Virus record (IMG/VR): IMGVR_UViG_3300012362_000001 | Location: 1 to 41,118 of that record | DNA from: a virus | DNA: 41,118 nt | Strand: one strand, 5' to 3' | Shown here: piece by piece, positions 8,191-17,566 of the stretch | How the letters are laid out: each line of letters starts with the position of its first letter | Position numbering within the stretch: position 1 is the first letter of the stretch | The notes under the pieces: model-generated | What the model saw: the letters and a program-made list of their open reading frames with translations, nothing else | Databases searched by the model: none | What the model was told of the DNA's origin: nothing | Made by a program: the position numbers and the translations under genes

Positions 8191-8350
8191 ACTTGATGAC
8201 GACGGGACTGCTCATCTTTACGATGAGTCAGGAAAACATGTCGGCCATTTTGCCGATGAAGCGAGCGCCAAAAAATGGTCGAAAGAAACATACGACAGGG
8301 ATGGCATCGTTAAGAAGAAAGACGTTAAGAAGAAAAACGAAGACGCATGA
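8180..8350 (+). CDS. Hypothetical acidic/basic small protein (56 aa)
   Basis: Not in the track (under 60 aa). MQIELDDDGTAHLYDESGKHVGHFADEASAKKWSKETYDRDGIVKKKDVKKKNEDA. Its stop overlaps the next ATG (ATGA). It is more protein-like than the alternative-frame track ORF 8187..8387. Confidence 0.5.
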   Translation: MQIELDDDGTAHLYDESGKHVGHFADEASAKKWSKETYDRDGIVKKKDVKKKNEDA

Positions 8351-8775
8351 GCGTGTTGCACTCAGCTGGATTCGGGTGGGTCCCTGACGCGCTTATAGCC
8401 AGTGCAGGCAAAGGAGTGGCGTCGAACGCTGACTGGGGACCTTTTCCACAGGATCGGTACATCTGGGGTATCCAGGGGGATCTGTACACGAGCTTGGCCG
8501 TGCCACCAATGGTAGCGATTGACGATTACGCTAAACGCATCGCTGACATGGGGGTTACGGTCACCAACGCGCAAACTGGCGAGATCATCTTGCAAAAGGG
8601 CGTGGACCACTATGACAACGCACCGACGCTCAATGATCGTCCGCATTTCTTCCCGAGACCGTTCTTGCTCGCGAAAGGCCAAAGCCTTCACATGAGCGCA
8701 CACGCGGAAAACGGGTACGGCGGAACGTTCGGGTTCAATGCGTGCGTAATTGTCTTTTTCACCTACGAGCCATGA
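8347..8775 (+). CDS. Hypothetical protein (142 aa)
   Basis: ATGA-coupled ORF. The antisense ORF 8362..8808 is judged spurious. Confidence 0.65.
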   Translation: MSVLHSAGFGWVPDALIASAGKGVASNADWGPFPQDRYIWGIQGDLYTSLAVPPMVAIDDYAKRIADMGVTVTNAQTGEIILQKGVDHYDNAPTLNDRPHFFPRPFLLAKGQSLHMSAHAENGYGGTFGFNACVIVFFTYEP

Positions 8776-8897
8776 GCGCCGAGATACCGGACAGGCGCTA
8801 TATCCCAAATAACAATAGGTGCATTCACTGTGGCCGCCCTTGGGTTGCTTTCCCTTCTATCTGTCCTGATTGCGTAGAGGTTTGCTTGTGTCATTAG
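8772..8897 (+). CDS. Possible tiny zinc-ribbon ORF (41 aa)
   Basis: ATGA-coupled. RCIHCGRPWVAFPSICPDC gives CxxC...CxxC. It would overlap the 5' end of the portal ORF, so the portal may start at GTG 8888. Confidence 0.3.
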   Translation: MSAEIPDRRYIPNNNRCIHCGRPWVAFPSICPDCVEVCLCH

Positions 8898-10900
8898 AAA
8901 TCTTTAAACAGATCAAGTCCGATATCGAAGAGCGGCGCATGTGGGAGGACAGGCAAGCGACAGCGTACAAGCTCCGGTTTGGTCAAGTCAAGCGGCGCAC
9001 GAAACCCTTTAAAAACGCTGCGGATTACACCTGGCCGCTCGTGGACATGTACATCGAGAAGCAGAAACCTGCCTACGTCGAGCAGGCGCTCGGACCGGAG
9101 CTGATAGCTTCATTCTTCAGCAAGAACCCGCAAGGCGACGGATTCACGCACGCGGTTGCCGAGTGGTTCGATTATCGCGTAAAACAGAAGAGCAACTTCA
9201 TCAAGGCTCTTTACCACGTGATTGATCAGCACATGCAAGGTGGCAAAGGGTTCCTGAAGACCTACTGGGATTGCGATCTAAACTGTGTCCGGCACCAGAT
9301 GATCCCAGGGCCGCTCTTCGTCGTACCGCCGTGGACTGAAGAAATTGACGATGGATACTCGAAAGCCGACCGGGCGTGCCACATCATGCACATGTCGACG
9401 CTGACATACGAGCGGCTCGGGCAGACATTGGGGTACAATCTGGACGAAGATTTTATCAAGTCGATATCCGGACGCGGCGAAGAGAAGATGTACGAGCAGG
9501 CCAAGGAACTTAAGGAAGGTATCGCGTACCACAAGAAAGACGACATGATCGTTTTGTGGGAAGTCTACGAACGGTTGCCATCCGGCAAACTTAAGATCCA
9601 CACATTTAGCCCGATGCAGCCCGAAGAAAAGGTGCGTGATGATTTCATGTTCCCCTACGACCATGGAAGAATACCTATCGTGGCTTACGATTTTGAGATT
9701 ACTGATCCCGGATTCTACTCTACGCGAGGGGTATCGGAGATCCTGGCATTGCCGCAGAGCATCCTGAAAATGCTATTGGATATGCAGATGGATTACATGA
9801 TCTACTGCAACCGGCCGGTCTGGAAACCAGGGCCAACAAATCCAGGAGTAAATTACGAGAACCTCGAGATTGTTCCAGGCCAAGTGATCAACGCAGACGT
9901 AGTACCGCTTGAATGGCCGCAGCCCACAATCGACTTCTTCCAGGCACAAGAACAGATTCGTTCGGTCTGGGAACAGAGAATGGGATCGGCGGACTATGGT
10001 ATTGGGAACGAAGAGCAGCAAGGCGAGGGGCACAAGACGGCCACCGAGATTGTCCAGCTCGGCGCGGTCAAAGAGAGCACGGCAACACTAAAGGGCAGGT
10101 TCTTCGGCGGCTCGCTTACCGAGAGCCTGAAAATGCATTGGTCGCTTGAACTGCAATACTGCAAAAATGATCTGAAGTACTTCTATCAACGGGAATACAA
10201 GCAGCTCGATCAAGGAGCATTGCGAGATTATTACCAGCTTGAGGTCAATGGCGGGAAGGACGGATACTCGCGCGAGAAGCATCTCCAAAAACTGATTCAG
10301 CTTTGGCAAACGTTCCAGCAAAGCCCGAATGTAAACCTACCAGAGCTTGTGCGCCTAATCCTTGAGAATGTCGATACTCAACTTGCGAAAACGCTATTCG
10401 TTCCGACTGATGTTGGCCAGAACGATCAGATGGAAAAGCAGGCGAACGAGATTAACGCAATGAAGCTCGGTTTTAACCCGCAACCTGACCCTGACGACAA
10501 CCACATTGCGCATATCCAGGCCATTGAAGTATTTAAACAGTACGCGCGCGGCAACCCGCAGGCGCAGGTAGGACCGGATGTCCAGATCCGAATCATGCAG
10601 CACGAGGACGCGCATATCGCAGCCGAGAAACAAGAGAACCCGCAACAGTACAAGGCGAATAAGCCCATGCTGGACAAGATCACAAGCGACAATAAAGCGC
10701 TCGTTCACGCTATCGCTCGAACTGTTGAGCAAGCCCTCCGCCAGCAATCGCCAAATGGCGAACAAACATCAGCTGGACAGCCTGGGCCTCCGGGACCCCA
10801 ACCCGGCGCAACCCAGGTACCTGCTGCGCCTCCGCCAGGTCCACCTATTGGATCGCCCACAGCAGGCATGCAAGGTTCGCCTCCGAGAACCTTTGTCTAG
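8870..10900 (+). CDS. Portal protein
   Basis: 676 aa, the largest ORF between terminase and the scaffold/capsid pair. It has a Pro/Gly-rich C-terminal tail. The call rests on size and synteny. The start is uncertain (TTG 8870, GTG 8888 or ATG 8939). Confidence 0.8.
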   Translation: MRRGLLVSLEIFKQIKSDIEERRMWEDRQATAYKLRFGQVKRRTKPFKNAADYTWPLVDMYIEKQKPAYVEQALGPELIASFFSKNPQGDGFTHAVAEWFDYRVKQKSNFIKALYHVIDQHMQGGKGFLKTYWDCDLNCVRHQMIPGPLFVVPPWTEEIDDGYSKADRACHIMHMSTLTYERLGQTLGYNLDEDFIKSISGRGEEKMYEQAKELKEGIAYHKKDDMIVLWEVYERLPSGKLKIHTFSPMQPEEKVRDDFMFPYDHGRIPIVAYDFEITDPGFYSTRGVSEILALPQSILKMLLDMQMDYMIYCNRPVWKPGPTNPGVNYENLEIVPGQVINADVVPLEWPQPTIDFFQAQEQIRSVWEQRMGSADYGIGNEEQQGEGHKTATEIVQLGAVKESTATLKGRFFGGSLTESLKMHWSLELQYCKNDLKYFYQREYKQLDQGALRDYYQLEVNGGKDGYSREKHLQKLIQLWQTFQQSPNVNLPELVRLILENVDTQLAKTLFVPTDVGQNDQMEKQANEINAMKLGFNPQPDPDDNHIAHIQAIEVFKQYARGNPQAQVGPDVQIRIMQHEDAHIAAEKQENPQQYKANKPMLDKITSDNKALVHAIARTVEQALRQQSPNGEQTSAGQPGPPGPQPGATQVPAAPPPGPPIGSPTAGMQGSPPRTFV

Positions 10901-10901
10901 A

Positions 10902-11009
10902 ATGACATTGATAGAGAAAATCAAACACTCAACGCCGAATCAGACGTTCCGGTACGGATTAATTATCGGGATGATCATCGGATTCGTGCTTCCGCATCTT
11001 TTAAGATGA
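10902..11009 (+). CDS. Possible small membrane protein (35 aa)
   Basis: ATG 1 nt after the portal stop, and its own stop overlaps the next ATG. Hydrophobic segment YGLIIGMIIGFVLPHLL. Confidence 0.4.
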   Translation: MTLIEKIKHSTPNQTFRYGLIIGMIIGFVLPHLLR

Positions 11010-11410
11010 CGCTACTCGCTTACTTGATCTACCGACTCAAAGCCATCCACGTGATGATCGGCCTACGGACCGCGGTGTCATGGACCGAGCAAGACCGTGT
11101 TAATCTCAACATCTTTTTCAAAAGCCAGACCGGCCAACGATTTGTTCACTCGCTGCACAATCGCGCGATGGAAGTGACGCAGCGCGCCGTGTTCACCGGT
11201 GGCCGCGAATCAGCCCGCGGTTGGCAGGAAGCTTTTCTTTTTATTTGTCAGTCTTCAGCTCGCGACCCGCTGAAAGTGGTCGCCAATGACGGTCGTGTCT
11301 CATTGACCGAAACAAAGAACGAGACATCGGACACCGAAGAGGACAAGGAAAGCCTCTCTATCGGCAGTACGGAAGGATTAGGCTTTCCCATCGGATACCC
11401 AACAGGCTAA
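11006..11410 (+). CDS. Hypothetical protein (134 aa)
   Basis: ATGA-coupled. Hydrophobic N-terminus and acidic tail. Confidence 0.65.
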   Translation: MTLLAYLIYRLKAIHVMIGLRTAVSWTEQDRVNLNIFFKSQTGQRFVHSLHNRAMEVTQRAVFTGGRESARGWQEAFLFICQSSARDPLKVVANDGRVSLTETKNETSDTEEDKESLSIGSTEGLGFPIGYPTG

Positions 11411-12486
11411 TGAGCGAGGCTCTACGCGCACTTAACGACGGAGGTCAAACTTTCGAACCCGAACCTCAAGAGGGAGCGGAACTAGAAAGCCATGATTACC
11501 ATTCTGTTGTCTCAGATGCACCCCAAGAAGGTGCAGAAGCTACTCCAGAACCAACCGCACCAGAGCAGGAGCTTCCTGTAGAGCGAAAAACGGAGAAGGA
11601 AAGAAAGCTCTCCAAATTCGAGCTTCAGAAAGCAGCTAAGGAACGGGATAAGCGCAGAGCTGATCAGGCTTACGCCAAGCTTCAGCAAGCAGAAGAGCAG
11701 AAGCGGCTTGCGTTGGAGGAGACAGCCCGCCTCAAAGCGGAATTGCAGCAGCAAGCTGAGAAAGCCCGTGTTCAGGCAAATCCGATCCTAAGGGAAGCCG
11801 TCGACCTAATAGATCAAGGCTATAAACCCGAAGACGTGGAAGCAGAGGCGCAACGTCTCGAAGCGAACGGCGACACGGAAGGCGCACGCGGAGCTCGAGC
11901 AATCGCAATCCAGATGCGCAACCATGCGCAAGCTGAGAGCATGCGCGCTCAGCAAGCTCAAGCTGAACAGTCTCAAACCGCATGGCGCAACTATCAGTTC
12001 GGCACCCCCGAATTTGATCAAGCCTTGGGAAACCTTAAACCAGGGAACCAAGAATTTGATGATGCGTGGGGAACCGTCGAGCAGGGAATAATCGATCGCT
12101 GCAAGACCAGCCAAGATCCGATTGATCAGGAGATAGCCAAAACATTCCGGGACCATAATTCCTCTTTTGGAAAGTCTATGGTCGAATTTTTGAATCGCAC
12201 CCCGATGGGGAACGCTTTCAAGAAGTTCGCTCTCGGGATGTTGCCAGCCGTCGACATCGTTAAACAGAAACTCGTCATTGAACGCCAACAGGCGACTATT
12301 CAACAACTTACTCAAGAACTTCAACGCACCCGCGGATTAACCGCAATCGCTTCGAGCGCGCCCGCCGGATACACGAACGGCAGCTCAGACCCGCACCACC
12401 TAAGTCCAGATCTCTCGTATAACGATCTGATGAAGCTGGACATGGGAAAGTTCCGGGAACGCTTGCGTCGCGGGTTAACAGACTAA
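11410..12486 (+). CDS. Scaffolding protein
   Basis: 358 aa, highly charged and A/E/Q/K/R-rich with coiled-coil character. It lies directly between portal and major capsid. TAATG coupling. Confidence 0.7.
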   Translation: MSEALRALNDGGQTFEPEPQEGAELESHDYHSVVSDAPQEGAEATPEPTAPEQELPVERKTEKERKLSKFELQKAAKERDKRRADQAYAKLQQAEEQKRLALEETARLKAELQQQAEKARVQANPILREAVDLIDQGYKPEDVEAEAQRLEANGDTEGARGARAIAIQMRNHAQAESMRAQQAQAEQSQTAWRNYQFGTPEFDQALGNLKPGNQEFDDAWGTVEQGIIDRCKTSQDPIDQEIAKTFRDHNSSFGKSMVEFLNRTPMGNAFKKFALGMLPAVDIVKQKLVIERQQATIQQLTQELQRTRGLTAIASSAPAGYTNGSSDPHHLSPDLSYNDLMKLDMGKFRERLRRGLTD

Positions 12487-12493
12487 CTTCATT

Positions 12494-13561
12494 ATGCCAG
12501 TCACGATCCTTGCTGATAGACCGAACGAATTCGAGGTTTATTTCAGCCGCATGATGCTGGACCATGCAATCGACGAAGTGCACCTCGCCGATTTTGCCCA
12601 GCTAAGGCCTTTGCCGAAAAACAATGGGAACAACTCTGTTCGATTCTTTCGGATACCTATTGCGACCGCAGCCAATGTCCAGGCCGTTACCGAAGGTGTT
12701 CTGGTATCTGCCGCGCGGAAACTGGTCTTCGAGTTTGTCACGATCGGGCTTTCGCAATGGTACGATTTCGTGCAGGTATCTGACCTTTTGAATGATACGG
12801 AATTTAACGATACTGGCGAAGCGTGTTCAATCCAGTTCGGTGAAGAGGCAGCGCTCTGGTACGATCAGCAGATACGGGATAGAACTTGCAGAACCAACGC
12901 GCCGACGCCGACCGTTGCGCTGTCGACATTGAGCGCTCCATACGGTCTATTTAAACGCTACGTTGGTGGTGCAACCTCGCTTGCAACCCTTGACGCCGTA
13001 ACGACATCAGCGGCGGCATTGGCCATCAAGAACATTATCCAGGCGACTACAAACCTTCGGATCAATAAAGCGCCCAAGGTAAAGAATGGACCCGCTAAAG
13101 GAAGCTACGCAGCAGTCATCAGCCCGCACGGTCAAGCCGATTTATTCCTGGAGACGAACAACTCTGCATTCATCCAAGCGGATGCATTTTCACATGGCGG
13201 TAAACAGATCCGGTCCGGGTGGATTGATAACCTTTACGGGATCGGCTTCTTCCTTACCACTGCCCCGTTTATCGAAAACCTGGCGCAAGGCGAGGGCGTC
13301 TACTCGAACCTGAACGTCAACACACTGGCGGCAGGCGCAAGTATCTACTCGTGCACCGTGACCGGGAAGGACGCGTTTGGGGCTACGGCCCTGCAAGGCA
13401 ATACACCATGGAGTCCGCAAGTCATGGTGAACGGCAAACCGGATAAGTACGATGTTATCGGTCAATTCGTTAACTTCAGCTGGAAAGCGTTCGCCGGATG
13501 GGAAGTTTTGAACCCGATGTTCGGCATCACGCTTCGCCACAAATCGCAGTGGAACCTGTAA
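12494..13561 (+). CDS. Major capsid protein (HK97 fold, N4-gp56-like family by recollection)
   Basis: 355 aa directly after the scaffold. The N-terminal pattern ...FAQLRPLPKNNGNSVRFFR... and overall length fit phage major capsid proteins. Confidence 0.85.
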   Translation: MPVTILADRPNEFEVYFSRMMLDHAIDEVHLADFAQLRPLPKNNGNNSVRFFRIPIATAANVQAVTEGVLVSAARKLVFEFVTIGLSQWYDFVQVSDLLNDTEFNDTGEACSIQFGEEAALWYDQQIRDRTCRTNAPTPTVALSTLSAPYGLFKRYVGGATSLATLDAVTTSAAALAIKNIIQATTNLRINKAPKVKNGPAKGSYAAVISPHGQADLFLETNNSAFIQADAFSHGGKQIRSGWIDNLYGIGFFLTTAPFIENLAQGEGVYSNLNVNTLAAGASIYSCTVTGKDAFGATALQGNTPWSPQVMVNGKPDKYDVIGQFVNFSWKAFAGWEVLNPMFGITLRHKSQWNL

Positions 13562-13610
13562 CAATTTAAATGGTCGGAACAAGAGAGCGTATCTACCGAA
13601 AGGCGTGAAC

Positions 13611-13635
13611 GGGCTCCGGGTTCCGTGAGGAGCCC
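13611..13635 (+). terminator. GC-rich hairpin downstream of the capsid gene (possible attenuator or terminator)
   Basis: GGGCTCC (13611-13617) pairs with GGAGCCC (13629-13635) across an 11-nt loop. No U-tract follows, so intrinsic-terminator status is doubtful. Confidence 0.3.
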
Positions 13636-13652
13636 CCGACCACCATTCTACA

Positions 13653-13826
13653 ATGCCAAAAGACCAATCAAAACAGAATCGGACCCCGCAAGCCAAGGGG
13701 GACAATATAATTACGCCTCCTAAAAAGGCGTCAGCACATGGTAACGAGAACAAGCGCCAGATTTCTAGCTCAGGCGGCATGACGCCATCGGGCGGGACGT
13801 TGGGCGGGTACCCGAGCGGTGCGTAA
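13653..13826 (+). CDS. Possible small basic low-complexity protein (57 aa)
   Basis: Below the track cutoff. It is the only sense-strand ORF in the 13562..13833 gap. MPKDQSKQNRTPQAKGDNIITPPKK... Confidence 0.3.
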   Translation: MPKDQSKQNRTPQAKGDNIITPPKKASAHGNENKRQISSSGGMTPSGGTLGGYPSGA

Positions 13827-13833
13827 ACCAGAG

Positions 13834-14253
13834 ATGGCGAAAGGAATCGTCATTATGATCGCTCCCAAAAAAAACTCAGGCGCTAAAGGCGGCATCATGC
13901 AGTCGCGCGCTGATATGATGAACGACCCGGAAGATCAAGCCGACCAGGGCGCAGATGAAGATACCGAGGACAACGGCGGCGGCGCCACGTGCAGTGTGCC
14001 AATAAGTTCATTATCCGTTGACGGTACGCCTCCCTCCGTTGGCGACACGGTCAACTTCTCAGTCGAAGGAACCGTAGGCAATATCTCGGGAGGCATGGCG
14101 CAGGTCGACATTAAAACAATCGATGGCGAATCGGCTCAAGACGACAGCGGAGATCAAGCCGGTGATGGAAGCAGCCCGGCGGGCACAGAAAGTCTTTCGG
14201 CAATGGGTGATCGACTCCGCAAAAAAGCGGCGGTGAGCAGCGGGGGGTATTAA
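13834..14253 (+). CDS. Hypothetical acidic protein (139 aa)
   Basis: First ATG of track ORF 13819..14253. Asp/Gly/Ser-rich, in the head-gene neighbourhood. Confidence 0.6.
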   Translation: MAKGIVIMIAPKKNSGAKGGIMQSRADMMNDPEDQADQGADEDTEDNGGGATCSVPISSLSVDGTPPSVGDTVNFSVEGTVGNISGGMAQVDIKTIDGESAQDDSGDQAGDGSSPAGTESLSAMGDRLRKKAAVSSGGY

Positions 14254-14421
14254 ATGCCGTTGCACGAATCCAATGCGAGCGATTCAATTTACGCGCATTT
14301 CTGGTTCGTGCTCTTCGGCGCCCTGCTCATGACGATAATCGGTTGCGCTGCGGTGCTTGCAGCGCTCGTTACGTTCTGGGGTAGGACACTCGTTCGCGCG
14401 ATTGGAGGCCCACCGCGGTGA
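14254..14421 (+). CDS. Possible small membrane protein (55 aa)
   Basis: ATG directly after the upstream stop, and its own stop overlaps the next GTG (GTGA). TM segment FWFVLFGALLMTIIGCAAVLAALVTFW. Confidence 0.45.
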   Translation: MPLHESNASDSIYAHFWFVLFGALLMTIIGCAAVLAALVTFWGRTLVRAIGGPPR

Positions 14422-14723
14422 ACGGCATTGCCGAAATACTGGCCGCTGGGAAATGCCCTGGAATAATCGTCAGTGACGGCAAGACTGAACAACGCAAGCT
14501 GGAGGACCAGAGCGCGCGCGACATCCTAAAAACCTGCCGCTGGCTAGAAGAGCGCGACGGCTCCAGGTGGACAAACGGCATGAACTGCGATATCGGCCCG
14601 CGCGTGATCAAAGAAGTTTGGCAAAGCGAGCTCTCGGATCAGCGCAAGAATTCGATCACTGAACGTTATGACGATGCCATCGCGCGCTGCGAAGAAAAGG
14701 CGGCGAAACTAGAGGATACCTAA
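14418..14723 (+). CDS. Hypothetical protein (101 aa)
   Basis: GTGA-coupled ORF with ordinary composition. Confidence 0.6.
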   Translation: MNGIAEILAAGKCPGIIVSDGKTEQRKLEDQSARDILKTCRWLEERDGSRWTNGMNCDIGPRVIKEVWQSELSDQRKNSITERYDDAIARCEEKAAKLEDT

Positions 14724-15088
14724 TGCAGATAAAGCAGGTCAGAAGTCTTTCGGCAGCGGCAGCAAATGTAAACGGCATAAGTTTTGACGGCGTTAACGCG
14801 CAGTTGCCTCCTATGGGCGGCGGACATGCGTGGACGGTGATGCTTACCGGTTCAGCGCCGACGCTCCATTACCAGATCCAGGTACAAATGATAGACGGAA
14901 CATGGGTGCCTATAGCAGCAATGGATGGATCTTCCGGCGTTCCGGGATCAGATGTCACGCTCGCAGGATCATTCCCGGCAGCTCAAGGCCAGGCATTCAC
15001 GTTTCCAGGTCCATTTATCAATATGCGCGTATCGATAAATACATACACATCAGGCACTCTGACGGCAGATATCCTCGTCAACTTCTAA
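14723..15088 (+). CDS. Hypothetical virion-module protein (121 aa)
   Basis: TAATG-coupled, with beta-rich composition. Confidence 0.65.
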   Translation: MQIKQVRSLSAAAANVNGISFDGVNAQLPPMGGGHAWTVMLTGSAPTLHYQIQVQMIDGTWVPIAAMDGSSGVPGSDVTLAGSFPAAQGQAFTFPGPFINMRVSINTYTSGTLTADILVNF

Positions 15089-15095
15089 ACATGCT

Positions 15096-15413
15096 TTGAC
15101 TCTGATGATCTGGGATATCCTGGCAACGCTTTTAGATAATCCGCAAGCCGAGACAACGGAGATTGTCAAGCAGCAGGTAACCTACGCAGCGGTTGATCCC
15201 AATGTGATGATCGGCGGCTTCATCAGTTCTGCTGCTGCCGTAATCGTATCGATCATGGGGGTTTGGGCTTCATTGATTAACCGAAAGAAAATCAGCGAAG
15301 TGCACGTTCTGGTGAACAGCCAGTTCTCCGCGTACAAAGAAGCCGTCGCGCGAATCCTTGAGCTTGAGAAAGCCAAGAGCATATCGGAAGAACAGTCGTC
15401 AAAGAAAGAATGA
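15096..15413 (+). CDS. Single-pass membrane protein (holin or spanin candidate)
   Basis: 105 aa (TTG 15096, alternative ATG 15105). One TM segment (VMIGGFISSAAAVIVSIMGVWASLI) is followed by a charged helix. Confidence 0.6.
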   Translation: MTLMIWDILATLLDNPQAETTEIVKQQVTYAAVDPNVMIGGFISSAAAVIVSIMGVWASLINRKKISEVHVLVNSQFSAYKEAVARILELEKAKSISEEQSSKKE

Positions 15414-15655
15414 AAGACTTTTTCCTTAATCTGCTCGGTCCAAGCTGGAAAAGTAGCCTCATGGGTTTAAGCGAAGCTGTTGCGGTGCAAGCGCTCACGT
15501 ACACTCTCAACACCCAGTACCATGATCCGCGTGTCTTTTGGTCCGGGCTGGGACTGAGTGTCTTGACGATTATCCGGGGACGCCTGACGAAGGATGCGAA
15601 CGTCAGTAACGCGCCAAATCCGATACCGGTAGCGCAGCCGGTTAAAACGCCATGA
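15410..15655 (+). CDS. Small hydrophobic protein (holin candidate)
   Basis: 81 aa, ATGA-coupled on both sides, with two moderately hydrophobic segments. It lies directly upstream of the DPBB protein. Confidence 0.6.
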   Translation: MKDFFLNLLGPSWKSSLMGLSEAVAVQALTYTLNTQYHDPRVFWSGLGLSVLTIIRGRLTKDANVSNAPNPIPVAQPVKTP

Positions 15656-16245
15656 GCGCTCCCCGAGCTGTACTGGACGCAATCAAAATCCTCGAAGATT
15701 ACCTCCAGAGCGTTCAGGAGCCGCGACCAATACCACCGACGCCGACCAATACCATAGCGCCGCCATACGGTGTTCTGGTGACAATGATGACCATCTGGGG
15801 ACTGAACTACGACGGATCAGACGATCATGGCGACATTGACGGGAATGGTAATCCGCTAAAAGGCGCATGGGGCGCTGAGACGCACAATAAAGACATCATT
15901 GGCTGCGCGCTCCCGATCAAACTTTTGCAAGCTACATTCGGCGGACTGGAGCCATCGCACATCAAGGGTTACACGGTTGAAATCTATTCTGAGGTCACGC
16001 ATAAAACTGTTCATGCAGTAGACATAGTAGACGAGGGGCCGGCGGCGTGGACGCACCGCGGGATAGATGGCACCTACGCCCTGCACCAAGCCTTAGGACA
16101 TCTGGACTACGGGGAAGCGAACTACGGATCGTTTTCGAAATGGCCGGCCGGATTTCACGTTTCGTATTGGATCAACGATGCGGCTGGCAAACCGGTTGAG
16201 ATAAAAGGCTGGGATTTCCACAAGGGCAGGGTGATAGGATCATAA
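15652..16245 (+). CDS. RlpA-like double-psi beta-barrel (DPBB) protein, candidate peptidoglycan lytic enzyme
   Basis: 197 aa. ...GCALPIKLL...GYTVEIYSEVTHKTVHAVDIVDEGPAAWTHRGIDGTYALHQALG resembles the DPBB/3D-domain pattern (VAlp...G..V.v....v.a.V.D.GP...iDls..a...lG). The function is inferred. Confidence 0.6.
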   Translation: MSAPRAVLDAIKILEDYLQSVQEPRPIPPTPTNTIAPPYGVLVTMMTIWGLNYDGSDDHGDIDGNGNPLKGAWGAETHNKDIIGCALPIKLLQATFGGLEPSHIKGYTVEIYSEVTHKTVHAVDIVDEGPAAWTHRGIDGTYALHQALGHLDYGEANYGSFSKWPAGFHVSYWINDAAGKPVEIKGWDFHKGRVIGS

Positions 16246-16252
16246 AGAGCGC

Positions 16253-17566
16253 ATGTCAGATTTCTTCACAACGAAGATCTTCCTAGATAACCAGCTAGGT
16301 GTAAACGGGCACGATCTAAATCAAATAACGTCCGGGATGGCACCGAACCCGGACTTTATCACAAATAAGACGCTCGCGAATCAACCGAGCGCTAACGGCT
16401 CTGATCAGATTCTCCTGTGCCAGGGCGGGACCACGCTCGTCCGAACTCCGTACAGCGGATTCTTTCTACCCGCCTACGTCCGTCCAGCAGCAGGACTGCC
16501 GCAATATGTGTCGACGATCAACGGGGACATGTCAGTCTGGCAACCCGGGGTTTCATTTCCAAATGTCGCTTCCGGCACTCTTACTGCTGACATGTACAAG
16601 CCGACTACGACGCTTGCAACCGGTCAGGCGAATATCACGCAGCTTAATCTACTTGGAAGCCTGGTTGGTACAGCCAATAATTACAGGCCGCGCTCCGGGT
16701 ACCGCGTCACGGTCGCAACCTCGCAATCGTCACTTGGCGCTGGAGAATACTTCGCAATCACTCAAAAGATCGAACGCAGTCAGGCGCGCAAACTTTTCGA
16801 TCAACCAAGCTCTAATCAAGTCTGGGTACGATCAAGTGTTGCAGGTACGTTCTCATTTGGCCTGCGCAACGCTGACCAGTCGCAAACATATAAGGCTGAT
16901 TTCTCAGTTGGCACTCCGAATGTCTGGCAACGGCTTACGATGCCGAATATTGCAACCATGCCGGATGCTTCCGGCGATTGGGGTACGGCTGAAACGGATC
17001 TTTCTTATGTTATCGGCATCACTCTTGGGTGCGGGTCCACGTTTCAATCAGCGACACAGAATGCTTGGGTGGCAGGGAATTTCCTGGGCAGCGCCAGTCA
17101 GACAAACTTGTTCGCAACCGGCGCTGCAACGTTCGATATCTGTTTGCTGCAACATGAATCAGGAACTGTCTGCACCCCGTTTGCTCCAGATAAATCTTTC
17201 AGTGACACATTGCTGCGATGCAAACGCTATTTCCAAAAGACGTATCCATACGGGAGTTATGCTGGCACAGCTAACCTAAGCGGGTCAGCAATTTTAACCT
17301 GCGATACAACAGCCGTTGCGCGCGGTACATGGCAGCTGAACCCGTCAATGAGAATTACTCCTACATGGAGCGTGTATAATGCCAGTACCGGGGCTGGCCC
17401 CGGATCTACGGTGTGGGATCTTACGTCATCAGCTTCAATTGGTTCAGTAGCGGCAGTCGGTGCGCCATTAGCATCCGCTGATAGCGCAGGATCAGTTGGC
17501 TATACCTCTGGTGGCACAGTTGGCCATCTCCTTGCTGTTCACTTAACGGCAGACGCTAGCCTATGA
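16253..17566 (+). CDS. Tail fibre or receptor-binding-like structural protein
   Basis: 437 aa. The motif FDICLLQHESGTVCTPFAPDKSFSDTLLRCKRYFQKTY resembles a motif (vQlE.G..aT.Fe......EL..C.RYy) that I recall from phage fibre-type proteins. The embedded alternative-frame ORF 16506..17279 is rejected. Confidence 0.75.
   Translation: MSDFFTTKIFLDNQLGVNGHDLNQITSGMAPNPDFITNKTLANQPSANGSDQILLCQGGTTLVRTPYSGFFLPAYVRPAAGLPQYVSTINGDMSVWQPGVSFPNVASGTLTADMYKPTTTLATGQANITQLNLLGSLVGTANNYRPRSGYRVTVATSQSSLGAGEYFAITQKIERSQARKLFDQPSSNQVWVRSSVAGTFSFGLRNADQSQTYKADFSVGTPNVWQRLTMPNIATMPDASGDWGTAETDLSYVIGITLGCGSTFQSATQNAWVAGNFLGSASQTNLFATGAATFDICLLQHESGTVCTPFAPDKSFSDTLLRCKRYFQKTYPYGSYAGTANLSGSAILTCDTTAVARGTWQLNPSMRITPTWSVYNASTGAGPGSTVWDLTSSASIGSVAAVGAPLASADSAGSVGYTSGGTVGHLLAVHLTADASL

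Noticed and set aside
8187-8387. Track ORF 8187..8387 (66 aa)
   Set aside because: It has Arg/Lys/Thr-rich composition, and its 3' end runs 41 nt into the ATGA-coupled gene 8347..8775 in a different frame. The unlisted frame 8180..8350 gives a more protein-like product with a perfect ATGA junction.
13190-13780. 196-aa minus-strand ORF opposite the capsid gene 3' end
   Set aside because: It is antisense to the major capsid protein and its composition is not protein-like.
16506-17279. 257-aa alternative-frame ORF inside 16253..17566
   Set aside because: It is embedded in the longer ORF and is Arg/Ser/Leu/Cys-rich, which is typical off-frame composition.
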